From Octopus bimaculoides (lineage: Eukaryota), in contig NC_068995.1 in NCBI RefSeq assembly GCF_001194135.2, forward strand, positions 51,012,344-51,076,343: 64,000 bases of DNA, written 5' to 3'. Below the pieces are notes generated by a model that was given only the letters and a program-made list of their open reading frames with translations, was not told the DNA's origin and did not search any database. The position numbers were made by a program, and so were the translations under genes. Positions 1-12,777 of the stretch are shown here, piece after piece; position 1 is the first letter of the stretch, and each line of letters opens with the position of its first letter.

Positions 1-562
1 CCACAATGGTATTTGAAACTGTTGTTTTTATTTGTTACTCGTCAAATAATTGATAAGAATTTATAATATAGGCACATAATCAGGAGGGGGGGTAGTTGAT
101 TAAACCGAGGGCAATTCTTGGCCTGTGCTTTATTTTAGTAACCTCAGAGGGATGAAAGGTTAAGCTGAACTAAGCAGGATTTGAACCCAGAACATAAAGG
201 GCTGGAATAAATAGTGTAAGCACTTTGTCCCATGTCAATCCATGGTATTTTCAAAGACTGGAAACGTGTGCGTATGTGTCTGTTTGTATGTTATTCATCA
301 GTTACAAGATTTAGAATTGAAGATGGCTAAACAGGGTTTTTAATTGAAGGGAAAAAGAACAGGGGACAATTGTATCTTAAACACAAACCCACACACATTA
401 AATATTTCTAACCCATTATTTACAAACTATCATTTTCTTAAATTATCTACTTTAAGTTCATCCATCAAAAACGAATATATATAACTTAAATGATGTAAAG
501 CCTTAACCTGGGACGACATTATCTAATGTGTGTGTTTTCCCTTTTCTAAAATGATAGCTTAC

Positions 563-607
563 CATTAGTGGAAAATTTGGCTGGCTGAACAACTGCATAA
601 GAGGTTC
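563..607 (-). CDS. Candidate 45-nt exon: (R)TSYAVVQPAKFSTN(x)
   Basis: Pyrimidine tract plus acacag| acceptor, strong AATG|gtaagc donor; phase-1 entry fits the 972-1119 exon. Confidence 0.3.
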
Positions 608-971
608 CTGTGTTCATGGAAGCATGGAAGTGATTGTATAAAGAAAAAATGGTCTAAAATGGGAAAGCTAGCTCATTAAGTCCTTTGAAGATTTATTTCT
701 GACAGAAATATTTTCTAATTAAAAAAAAGAAAACAAACAATACACATAACTATGTGAATTGTCTCAAAATAATCTTCTGCTTAAAAATCCCAGATTTTAA
801 GAATTATTGAAATACAATACACAACGCTTTGTTAAGAACTAGAAATAAATACGACAAGGATGGGAAAGAAAAGAGAAAGGCTTTTAGTGTTGATGTTGTG
901 AAATTGATGGAGAGATTCATGGAATTTATATGATTAAGGTAAACGAAATTATAATGAGACCCAATACATAC

Positions 972-1119
972 TTTCAGCTTGACTGGGATAATCTACTGAA
1001 CTGATTGATTTACAAAAAGGAATAGTGTAACACTTCAAATGAGCATCTCTGTCATACAGACAATGTTTTCTGGTTCCAATCTTCCATGAAAGCATATCTG
1101 GCCATGTTGGGTCAATCGT
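972..1119 (-). CDS. Candidate exon of an unidentified gene: TIDPTWPDMLSWKIGTRKHCLYDRDAHLKCYTIPFCKSISSVDYPSQAE
   Basis: Acceptor ttttacttttaag|, donor AAA|gtatgt; only one frame open over 148 nt; non-repetitive. No homology recognised. Confidence 0.4.
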
Positions 1120-1593
1120 CTTAAAAGTAAAACAAATGGACAGATAACACAACACACACACACACTTGCATACTCACCGAGCAACGACTACAAATCATTA
1201 AAAAGTTAATTTTTTTGGAATGTTCCAGTCTCATGATGATGAATAAAATGGAATGAGAAATGGGTGAAGATGAATAAAAAAAAAAAAAATCCTAGTAAAC
1301 CTCAAAAACAAAAAAAGGAAAAACTGTGAGCCATTGGGTTGCATACAGAATCTATTTTAACCAATATCTGAAAGATTTCAAATGTCAAGAACAAAATGGT
1401 GAGTAATTTCTTTTAATTTTGTCATGGCATAATCAGAGGTAGAAAGGGACTGAGTCCATCATTTATTTGGCTGGGCTGCCAAATCTAGAGGAAATCAACG
1501 CAACTCATGGGTTATTCTCAGACTGGAGACCTGATCCAAGTGTTTGCAACAAGCTGGATTCCACAAAAGATGCCAATGGGTGGAGTACTAGCA

Positions 1594-1820
1594 TTAAATC
1601 TAGTATTTAAGCTGGCCATATCCAAATATTTGACCTGTTTTATGTTCAAACTGGCTAGATCCATCCTCTCACACCTGCCCTATAATATCATTCTAAAAAT
1701 AATAATCATATTATCAAAATCTTAAAGCTATGAGATAATGCATGATTAATTCAAAACAATGCGAATAAATAAATAAAGCATTACATTTGACACCGAGTAA
1801 TCTGAATGCTGAACGGTTAA
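1594..1820. mobile_element. TTAA-flanked MITE, second and more decayed copy
   Basis: Colinear with 15206-15430 (tgttttatgttcaa...cacc...attctaaaaataa...gagataatgcatgatta...catttgac...tctgaatgct); ends GG|TTAA. Confidence 0.65.
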
Positions 1821-2140
1821 AGTATTAAACCAAGTGAAAGAATAGTCTATTATCCCCAAAACAGTGACTGTCTATATAAGAGGTCAACTTAATTCCACTC
1901 TCAAGGCACTGGTCAACCAGAGGTTACGGCAGAAGATGCTTGTTTAAGTGGTTACGCATCAAGGATTGAACCTAGAACCACCTGACTGTATATAAATGTA
2001 TGCAAGATAAATAGGATAACTTGAGATGACTTCATATGATTAGGCTTTGGTAGATATCAAAGGAAGAAGAAAAAAATACCCCCACCCACCGAAATAGGAG
2101 CCGAATTGCTGTTATTATTATGATGAGGGTGGAAAGCTGG

Positions 2141-2206
2141 CAAAATCATTAGCACAAAATCATTAGCAAAATCATTAGCACAAAATCATTAGCAAAATCA
2201 TTAGCA
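2141..2206 (+). repeat. Minisatellite (CAAAATCATTAG[CA]) x5 within a SINE head
   Basis: Alternating 14/12-bp units read directly from the sequence. Confidence 0.9.
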
Positions 2207-5200
2207 CACTGGGCAAGATGCTTCGTAGTATTTTGTCCATCTTCACATTCTGAGTTCAAATTCCACCGAGGTTGATATTACAGTTTATCTTTTCAGGGTC
2301 GATAAAATAAGTGCCATTTAAGTATGGGGTTGCTACTACTGGCTTACTGTGTCCCTGAAATTGCTGGCCTTGTGCCAAAATTTGAAACCGTTATTATCAT
2401 TAAGATTATTATTTGATATTTCTGAATTCGTTAAAACACAAAGCAAAGACAACATTATGGTTGGAAAAAGAAAATGCTTTGCACAGACTTTCAACCTTAA
2501 ATGTGTATGTGTGTGTGTGTGTGTGTGTGATGAAAGAAATGTAAAAAATTTGACTAGATGAGAATTGGTTGATTGGGCTGAAAACTCTTAGGAAACAGCT
2601 TGGAGTCTAATAATGATCTCTTACCCAACAATTATGGCACAGATTTTCTTCCCAGAAAAATGTTAATACTTAAAGCACCAAAAATTATGAATAATAGATG
2701 TTATAAGGTTAAAGTAAAAATAAAGAAATAAATAAATGTTTTTGCCACAATAAAACTATTAACATCAAGAATAAAGAACATTAATTCAATAAGTAAATGT
2801 AATTAATATCTGATAGAGAATGAATATTATAAAACATATTAAAATGATGTCTGCTCTATTTCTTGCATTCACTAAGCAAAATGACAATCTATTGACAGCA
2901 GTTGTATTGATAGTTGTATTTGTGCATGTATGTGTGAGTGTACATATAAAAAAACTTGTCACACATCAGAGTTCAAGAGCTAATATGGATGAGATGGTTA
3001 GTTATTTGTAGCAAATATCTTTACATTTAGAAGCCACTCCTACCATAAACAGTTTGTTCAGTAGAGCAAACTGGATTCAACACAGTTATGGCCCTTGTTC
3101 AGGAGCAGAACACAACGACTAATAAGAACGAATCTCGTGATAATGTAGCCAGAATTATCTCTGTTTCATTCGTTTCATTTAATGTAAGTTGTTTCATGCT
3201 AGCATAGTTTAGATCATGCATGAGCAAACCTCTGGCCAAACAAGATATAGTTCATCACAAAGCAGGATGCACTTCTAAAATAGTTCAAGGTAGCTTTTCG
3301 TTAGGTATATCATTCAGAAAGTCTTGTGGGCTGCAGGTTGCCCTTGACTGGTTTAGAATATAGGAAACAAAGATAGGATTTTATTTGGCCAGATACGCTT
3401 CCTGACGCTTGCCCAATGTTTCACACAAGGTTTTTTTTTGTTTTTTTTTTATTCCACTAGAACTTTGAAAGTGCAATTCCTTGACCATACAGCTTTCTTG
3501 TATTTCTCACGGATTTATAAAACAAAATAGAGTAAGAAACAAAAGTCATGTCAACTATTTTCCTAATAATAATAATAATAATAATCTCAAATTTTGGCAT
3601 AGGGTCAACAGTTTTTGAGGGGATGGGGAAGTTGATTACATCGACCACAGTAATCAACTGGCACTTATTTTATCGACCCAGAAAGGGTGGCATTTGAACT
3701 CAGAACGTAAAGTTGGAGGAAACGCTGCTTTTTACCTTTCAGCTTTAATCTCTGAAGGCAGTGTTCATTCAATGACTGAAACCTGTAAAAGTTTTTCTTC
3801 TATTTTATTTTTAGAAGTAGATTCCTCTTAGGGATGCTGTCTAATCTGTTTCAATACCATTCTGGAGATGCAAGACAACATTCCTTAGCTAAGACAAGTA
3901 TCCATTCTGTGAAACAAAAATGTCGAAGCAAATCTCGAGAATGAAGTGTTTAATAAAGGGGAAGTAATTAATAAGCATAAAAAGAAGCAGTTACCTCTCG
4001 TGTCAGTCATTAAAACACACGCTAATTACACAACATTTTAAAAGAATTTATGGTATAATCGAAGGATTAACAGCACCCATGGCCTTTTTGTAGGGCCTCA
4101 CAGTGGTGGAGAGAAGGACGAATAAACCACAATCCATGAGGTGTCCTCAAACCAAAAGACCAGTCCTGAATGCTTACAACAGTGTTTTTCTGCAAAAAAA
4201 CATTCAAGGGCCATGGAAAGGTGTTAAACAAGAAGGAACATTTGTCAGTTTAAAGAGAGAAAAAAAAACTTACAAATAAAAAGAAAAGAAAAACAAAAGA
4301 AAATGCTAAATATAATGGCAAGTTGGGCAATATTGCTGAGTTTTAGCATAAGTAAATCTTTGATTAATCTGACTGCAGTATGAGACTGAAGGTTTCGGTA
4401 CTTACTTCCCTGATGTAACATATGTAAGATGATGTTGTTACCTAACAAATAAAGTCACTTCACTTGCAGACATTTCTAGAATGCATTGTTCCATGAGAAA
4501 AAAGAATTAATAATAATAATAACAATAATAATGAGAAGAAGAAGAAGAAGAAGAAGAATGCTGATCAAGGTGATGATTTTAAATAGAAATAAGGTTGTAT
4601 ACTTATTGAACAATTCTTTACTAATGGACAGTTTTCTGTAAATGACAAAATCTTTCTTGTATCTTTCAACTAATAACATGAAAGAATTTCTCTTATACAG
4701 ATGATAAGGCTTTCGCCCAAACCCTTTTATTTGTCACTTTTTACACTGATTATTGATGATAATGATGATGATGGTGGTGGTGATGATGATGTTGATGACA
4801 ATGACATATCAATAATGCTTCATAAGACCTCAGTACATAACGATGACAACATTCAGTTGTTCAAAGGCAAACAAACCCAATGAGTCAATGAAGTTCTGCA
4901 AGGAACCAACTAAAAAAAAAAAGAAAAGAAAAAAAAAGAAAGACAAAAAAAAGGGTTATATTTTATAATAAATGAAAAATGATGTGGGAACAACAGAAAT
5001 TCGTCTTAGCTTGAAACATGAAATGATTTAGTGGATAATAATTATCACTGGTGTTTTTAGTTTGTAGAAAATAATTTCTTTTTTTTTTTTTTACAATATA
5101 TTATAACTGCAATTTTGCTGAAGACAATGATCCTAACTGATGTTTTTCTTCTTAAATTCTGAGGACCATTTCAATGATACAATGTTATATCTAAGAAAAA

Positions 5201-6559
5201 AAAACTTTTTTGAATCTCAAGTAGAGCCAATTTATATTAACAAAAGAGTGTTATTTGAAAATGGAACTAAAGTATTAAAAGCTACCCAAGTACCAAATCA
5301 GAAGCCCATTTGAACCCATAAAACATGATGTAGTATTTTTCTACTTCGAACAGCAAATACCCCTTAAGTTTCAACAACTCCTAAATCAATTTGTGATGAA
5401 TGAAATTTTTAAAAAATTGTTTCGTTTTTTTTTCTTTTTTGTTACTGTAAACACAGTTATACGTTCTAAAGTTTAGAATACAATCAACTAAAACCATTGT
5501 TTGGTATGAAATATTAAAAATTATTATTAACTATTCTCTGGAAAATAACATTAGGNNNNNNNNNNNNNNNNNNNNNNNNNNNNNNNNNNNNNNNNNNNNN
5601 NNNNNNNNNNNNNNNNNNNNNNNNNNNNNNNNNNNNNNNNNNNNNNNNNNNNNNNNNNNNNNNNNNNNNNNNNNNNNNNNNNNNNNNNNNNNNNNNNNNN
5701 NNNNNNNNNNNNNNNNNNNNNNNNNNNNNNNNNNNNNNNNNNNNNNNNNNNNNNNNNNNNNNNNNNNNNNNNNNNNNNNNNNNNNNNNNNNNNNNNNNNN
5801 NNNNNNNNNNNNNNNNNNNNNNNNNNNNNNNNNNNNNNNNNNNNNAAAATGAAAATAAAAAATCTAAAACAGAATGAAAATAGGAAAAGTTTTCCAGCCA
5901 CTGAGCTGAAGCACAATGAGGTAGTATAAATTATGAAGCTTCTACTTCCACTGGGCTTCCCAGCAAAACTGAAACCAAATCTTTTAACTCCAGGAACGCT
6001 TAATATCTCTGTACAAACACGCACACTAAAAAGTTATTGCGCATAGTCAATTGGTACAGCTTGGTACAGCCTGGTACAGCTTGAATGGAACTGAGGGAGT
6101 TCATAAGAACTAACGATGCAACCAGTTCTGCAACAACTGCTCTTTTAGTTTGTTTGTTTGTTTGTTTTCTTTTTTTTTTCATTTTCTTACTCTCCCTCTC
6201 TTTCTCTCTCCTTCTCTCACTCCCTGTTGACAAATACTCCCGGTTAAGGGTCAACACCCTGAATCATGAGGTCACCAAGACAAATAGCAACACTAGCAGA
6301 AGACCAGCAAGCCCGGAGAGAAACCCTCTGTTTGCTCTTGGGCTCAAAACTTGAGTAGCAAACAAGCCTAATTAGATATCATCTTTTTTTTAAGATGGTA
6401 GGGTGAGATTTAAGGGAAATTTGGCTGCTATTTCTAGCAGGTCAAGCGACCACATAGAGGCTCCTTTGTTGGCTCATATATTTGTGGGTGTATACATGTG
6501 TGTGTGTGTATGTGTGGGTGTGAGGCATGGTGGTCTGCGTACGTATATGCATGGATTAT

Positions 6560-6705
6560 CTAATCATCAAGTTTATTGTTTACTCCAATATTTTCTGGAA
6601 GCTTGAATTCACGTCGCACATAGAACAAAATATAGGCTTTACAGCGTGACACAGTCTCTTCATTGCATACTGTGACATTACTGTCATTAAAGTGGTACCA
6701 AACAC
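6560..6705 (-). CDS. USP3: USP3-like last coding exon: (G)[47 protein letters not shown]
   Basis: WYHFND (catalytic Asp) and AYILFY motifs; acceptor ttgtttgcag|; TAG stop at 6560-6562. Confidence 0.97.
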
Positions 6706-6839
6706 CTGCAAACAAGAAGAACAAAATTAAATTTCAAAAGAAATTCTTAGGGAATCTTACCACCAACTTTTCCCCATTTTTAAAAAATTATAAACATATC
6801 TTCAGAATACTAAATATTATAAAGAATAAAACAAAAAAT

Positions 6840-6996
6840 GGACTATATACCTGTTGTAATTTGGTCAGCTATAGTCCGATGATATTTCGGAATTACAATT
6901 CTTTCTTCAGATCTTCTAAGAAGATCTGAAGAAGGAATTGTAATTCCGAAATATCATCGGACTATAGATAACCAAATTACAACAGGTATATAGTCC
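6840..6996. repeat. 157 bp palindrome, core of a palindromic MITE-like family
   Basis: 78-bp arms centred on 6918 with 3 mismatches by eye; related copy at 14107-14272. Confidence 0.92.
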
Positions 6997-7267
6997 TTTT
7001 TTTTTTAGTTTATAGTGCATTGTTGTACCATTCTAAACTTTTTATTCTTTATAAACAATACACAATGCTTCAAGCGAACTACAACACTCTCCTAACTAAA
7101 TATTATGCTCGAGTCCATACTAACAATTCACTCCAAGTGATTATAAAGCCATCTGTCCATTCATCTTTTCTTTTTTCATGTCAACCTTACTCATTCAAAC
7201 AGATACACTCTGATGTTTAGCAGAGTGAGCAAACATTTAGTCAAATTTGTTCTGGTTAGGATCACCT

Positions 7268-7311
<44 letters not shown>

Positions 7312-7798
7312 TCGGTCAGGTATTATTTACAGTCAAACTTCAGTTTACTAATGCTTCTCATGAAAAGCATGTTGGTTTATAAACAATTTTTTTTAATGTA
7401 AAGCATCTCAGGTGATGAATGGTGCCTCGAGTAATGAGCACACAGCCTGGCCACAACAATTGACAACAAGCTGGGTGCATCAGTGGGGGAGGGAGTGTCG
7501 GTTGCTGTCTAGCGTTCACTCAGTACACATCCCTGCATAAATTTGCTGTGAATTCTCTTGACTTTCTGATGGCAGAAATAGTTTTGGTTTACTAACATTT
7601 CAGGCATTCAGGAATGAATGAAATTCATAAGCTAATGCTCCACTGTATCTGCTCCTGAAACAATATTTTACTACAATGTAGCAAAATATTCACATCATTA
7701 AGATGGTAGATGCAATCTCAGAGAAATTTGGCTGCTATTTCTACCAGGATCAATAACTACATACAGTCTCCTTTGTTGATTCATGCAAGCTATGTTGA

Positions 7799-7839
<41 letters not shown>

Positions 7840-7981
7840 GTGAGATTATAATAAATACAGCAAGAAATATTTCCCAAGAAGTGTAGCAATTTACAAAACA
7901 GCAATGACTGCATTTATTGAAAAGTTATTTTCAACAATGTTAAATACAAAAGTCCATTTGAATTGCAGAAAGTCATCTCAC

Positions 7982-8022
7982 CTTTGTGAATAGCATATGA
8001 AGTATAATGTCCTGAACCAGCA
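7982..8022 (-). CDS. USP3: USP3-like small exon with catalytic His: (G)AGSGHYTSYAIHK(G)
   Basis: GSGHY His box; acceptor atttgtcag|, donor AAG|gtgaga; 41 nt, phase 2 to 1. Confidence 0.96.
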
Positions 8023-9912
8023 CTGACAAATATGGAAAATAAAACAAATGAATTAGATTGTTTTTACTGATTAGATATATTTGAATGATTTAATGTTACA
8101 AACAACTACACAACAAATCTTAGATATTTTATATAATTTATACCAATACCATATAAGGAAGCTTACTGAAATTTTTGGAAGTAATGTCTTAGCTATTTTG
8201 CTGCACTAAAATTATAAAAACTAATCATCATCATCATCATTTAATGCTCACTGTTTCGTGCTTGTATGGGTCAGACAGAATTTGTTGATGCAGATCCATG
8301 ACCAGGTGCCCTTGCTGTTACCAACCCTCATGTATTTCAAGTAAGGAATAAACACCACTTATATGATGGTGGTGCTTGTTTACAACCATCACACACGCAC
8401 ACACACACACGACAAGCTTCATTCAGTTTCTACCGACTAAATCCACTTGCAAGGCTTTGGTCAGTCTGACCCATGCCAGCGTGGAAAACGGAAGTTAAAT
8501 GATGAAGAAATTATGCCAAAACTGAGAACATACAAATGAGATGCGATCCTCCAACTTGTCTTAGACAGCTGTAACACTGAATAAGAACTTACTCAGAGAG
8601 GAATGACCCATCCATTCCTTGCCAACACTGAAAGCAGACTGATGATGATGATGATGAAGATGATGATGAAGATGATGATGATGATGATGATAAGATCTAA
8701 CATTCAACGTCAGATGAATCTAAAATAAAATAACAAAACATTCCATAGAAGTTGCTAGTTTGATTGAAAAACCAGGATCAATATTTTTGGTGAAGAATAT
8801 AATATTGTTTGAAACAGAAATAAGGAATTTTGTTTTAAGATGATAAAAGAATCTGAATAACTTCCCTTCCTTTGAGTGAACAATATTTTTGGAGAGTGGT
8901 ACCTGTCCACTTGACAATAGGGGTATAATATCAATTAATGAGCATGCCTTTATGGGAAATTCTTCAATTTCTTTATATATATATTTTTTAATCATTAGAT
9001 GGCAACTTGTTGAAGCACTGTCTTCAAGGATTTTATTTAACCTCAAAGACAAAAGGCAAAAAAAAACAAAAAAACACTAAATTTGAAGAGGAGGCAACCG
9101 AGGCAGATTTTTGTTTGATGCATCAACTTTTTGACATCACACACTAACACACACATCCGTTAGACATCAAGACGATTTCTTTCTACCAAATTTAACCACA
9201 CTAAGGTAGAAGACACTAGTCTATGCTGTCAACTGGAGTGGGACTGAACCAGTCATTACATGGTTGCAAAGGAAACGTTTGCCACACAGCCATGCTAATA
9301 TGTTATATGATCTGACTAAATCATTTATAAGAAACTGTGGTTTAATCACATATAGATGATGGACAAATCACAAACTATATCTAAACATAGTGACATATCC
9401 ATAAAAATTATTTAGAAATGTTAACTTGAACCAGAAAAAAAGGAGCAGACGAGCTGGAAGAAAATGGGAAATTTAACTTCTGTTACTAAAATAAAGTTAG
9501 TTTATTTATAAATAAAATATCATACATTTGAGAAAAAATAGTAAGAACAATCAAAGTGAAATGTAAGACGAAAATAAAATGCTGCATTTGTAGTCAGTAA
9601 ACGTGAGATATATAAGGTTATTAAATTTACACAGTTACTAGCAAGGAATTATTTGCAAATTGTATTTTATTATGAAAATAGTTGATAACAACAAAGTTAA
9701 AAGAGGGATAAATACAAAGTAACAACATGTTGGATACACATACACTGGAGATAAATATTTTAATGTAAGATAAAACTAAGTGATGATCTAAAAAAAAAAA
9801 AACTGCGATAAAGATAATTGTGAGTGAATTTCTGAAATGGTGAAAACTTGTGACATGATTCTAACTAACTAATAGTGGAGATAATATTCACAAAATCAAG
9901 AAATAAACTCAC

Positions 9913-9986
9913 CCAGAACCATGGTGGACAATAACAGCAGCTAAATCATAAAGGTTGCTGCCAGAGAAGCTACCTCGTGTCTCATG
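9913..9986 (-). CDS. USP3: USP3-like exon: HETRGSFSGSNLYDLAAVIVHHGS(G)
   Basis: YDLAAVIVHHG motif; acceptor tttttacag|, donor GG|gtgagt; 74 nt, phase 0 to 2. Confidence 0.97.
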
Positions 9987-10307
9987 CTGTAAAAATGACA
10001 GTATTCCTGATTAGAAGACTGCAAACAAAACTTTCTTTTTCTTTCTTTTTTTTTTTCAATAGAAATTTTAGGATACATGATTTTAGAAATGGAAGCAAAA
10101 AAAAAACTGAAAATGTTTTAAGGTGGCTGCCAAAAACTCAAAGGAATTCATGAGTATCCCAAGTAAAAACGTAGAAAAAAATAAAAACACTGAAGAGTGT
10201 TAAGTCTTAGACATATTCTTGGATTGTTTCGTACCAAATTCTTATTGCATACACTAATGATTCCCAAAGGGCATGGTGTGAGAGATGGCAAGTATAGCAG
10301 GAATATT

Positions 10308-10389
10308 TCTTGTATACCACTTAGAAGACATTTATTTCATCACAAAAGTTTTTGTGATGAAATAAATGTCTTCTAAGTGGTATACAAGA
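10308..10389. repeat. Perfect 82 bp palindrome
   Basis: 40-bp arms TCTTGTATACCACTTAGAAGACATTTATTTCATCACAAAA around a 2-nt GT centre. Confidence 0.95.
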
Positions 10390-10902
10390 TTAAGACCTGC
10401 ATCATAACAGATGCATTAAAACAGATCTGAAGAATATGAGTTTTTGGCCACCAAAGACAGTGAGGCTGAACTAGTAAAAAAATTAATTGATTAATTAAAA
10501 CACACATAACAAACACACTAAATACTGGTGTTGACATGAACGAATGATATTTTGTACATTTTAATCCTGCTTTTTTTGTTTGCTTTTAACAACCCCAGAA
10601 TTTAATGAGATAAAACAGTTCATTTGAATTTCATTTTAATTTTACTACTAATGACATGTAAAAAGAAAAAAGAAAAAAATGGAAAGCATAATGATGAGGT
10701 TGCATTTTAATTTAAATTATTTATCCAATAATTTTTATGTTTTAGAAAAGTTGTTTGAGTCCAAGACAAAAGTAGACTGTACAACTTCTATTCATAAAGA
10801 CAAGGTGGAAGATAATTTCATGTGATTGAAATGCAGTAGAAAAATAAAAACAAAAAGAAACATTGGCCAGTACTGGGTCAAACAGCATGTATACTAACTT
10901 AC

Positions 10903-11022
10903 CAAGTTGTTTAACACATATCGGTTCATATCAAGACCACGTATTGGAAACTCAACAAAAGTCTCAATTTTTAATCTAAACACAGAATTCCACCGAAATC
11001 TCTTCAAATGCAAGCATAAAAC
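10903..11022 (-). CDS. USP3: USP3-like exon: VLCLHLKRFRWNSVFRLKIETFVEFPIRGLDMNRYVLNNL
   Basis: LHLKRF and V-x-FP motifs; acceptor ctattcag|, donor TTG|gtaagt; 120 nt, phase 0 to 0. Confidence 0.97.
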
Positions 11023-12584
11023 CTGAATAGAAATAATTATGATAGAATGTTATTGACATCGCACAAAATAAACTAGAAATTAAAGCAATGTAAATAGACA
11101 ATGAAGAACCTCCCAAATAAAGCTTAATCAGAGTGTTGGGGTTAAACAAGAGGTCACACACACTTGACCTTCAAATAAGGGTTATGTAGTGAGAATGCCA
11201 AGTTGTATTTGGGACACTAAATACATATAAACTCTTATGAAATTTCTTACAACAAAAACATCACATACAACACCTATGGCTAAGAGAAAACTGGCTAAAC
11301 TAGATTCTATTACAGTTGTTACAACAACCAACACACAAAATAATTTTAGATATATTTGTAAACATTAAATGATCATGAACTAAATAGAAAAAAAATAACC
11401 AGATGGGAACGGAACCTTTATCTCCTGATGCTATTGATTCTAATTATTCCTTAGACTGATTATAATGTTTTATATAGTTTACACTATAGAGCTGGAACCA
11501 TTCTTCATTACCCTAATATATAGTCTGAACACAATGAGCAGCCTTCTTTGACTAAACACACAATTTTGAATACATTTTTGGAGGCAGGAAATGGTTCTTT
11601 GTAATGTTCATTCTTTTCCAAAGACAAATCAACAAAGAAGCTGATGGCCTACAGCACAGATCATATTAATGAAAACCAGCTGCAGTGGTGGTATCACTAT
11701 ATATACAATTGATGTATACTGATGTAATCTTTTAATGAGAGATTAACTCCCTTTTATTCAAGGCAGAAATATACGAGTGGTGACATTCATGCTTACCCCA
11801 AGGCGGCTGGCAATGTAACTGAAGTGAAAAGTCTGGAGTTAAGAATAAAACTTCAGCTGCAAACTCATCTTACAAGGAGTCTATTTCTGTTATATGTTGC
11901 GTCACTTTACCAGCAAAATTACCAATTCTATCACTTTTTTATTTCGTACCAACATGAAATGTCACTACAATGGGTTGTCAGATAAATGTGTTTTTTTTTC
12001 TATTTATTTTAATCCTTTCCAATGTTATTTGAATTAACATGAAGAATATCTTTATTGTAATGTTTTATAAGTTCGCTTTTTTTTTTTTTTTTTTTTTTTG
12101 TATTCTGCAACTTTTATCGTTTTTTTAAATTTGAATAATTTTACCACTTTTCAGACATATGATGATGGAGTGCCAAGAAAAAAAAAAACAAAGAACGAAT
12201 CTTGTCTGACAACTCAATACCATTTGCTAAGAGATAATTATGATTTCTAACATAAGAGCAAGGTCAAACATTTTGGGAAAAGATAAAGCCAAATATATTG
12301 ACTCCAGTAACTGATTGGTACTTCTTTATCAACCATTGGAATTGTATTTTCTGAATACAATTTTCATAATAGTACAGACACACAAGCAGAAATAATTTAG
12401 ATACAATAAAGTCTCTAGATGCGAACAAATTAGAAATAAGCTGCAGCTTAACAAAATGTGTAGAATTAAGAAATAAAATTGACTTATTACCAACAATTAG
12501 AACAAGACAACAATCACCATTTTAAAACATATCTGAATAAGCAGAAGGAAATAAAACAATGAATAAATAACAGAATCCATTTAC

Positions 12585-12703
12585 ATTTGGTAAACGTCTA
12601 ATCCAAAATTTTTTGGTTGAATGTTGTTTTTTCTTACAGTTGCTACACATATAAAGTTCTGATTCTTCTAATTCTTCTATATCTGTGAAACTGGTCAAAC
12701 AAT
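12585..12703 (-). CDS. USP3: USP3-like exon: (D)CLTSFTDIEELEESELYMCSNCKKKQHSTKKFWIRRLPN
   Basis: Second finger CxxC; acceptor ttcttcag|, donor AAT|gtaaat; 119 nt, phase 1 to 0. Confidence 0.97.
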
Positions 12704-12746
12704 CTGAAGAATTAAATATTAAAAAAAATAAATAAATTCATTAATA

Positions 12747-12777
<31 letters not shown>

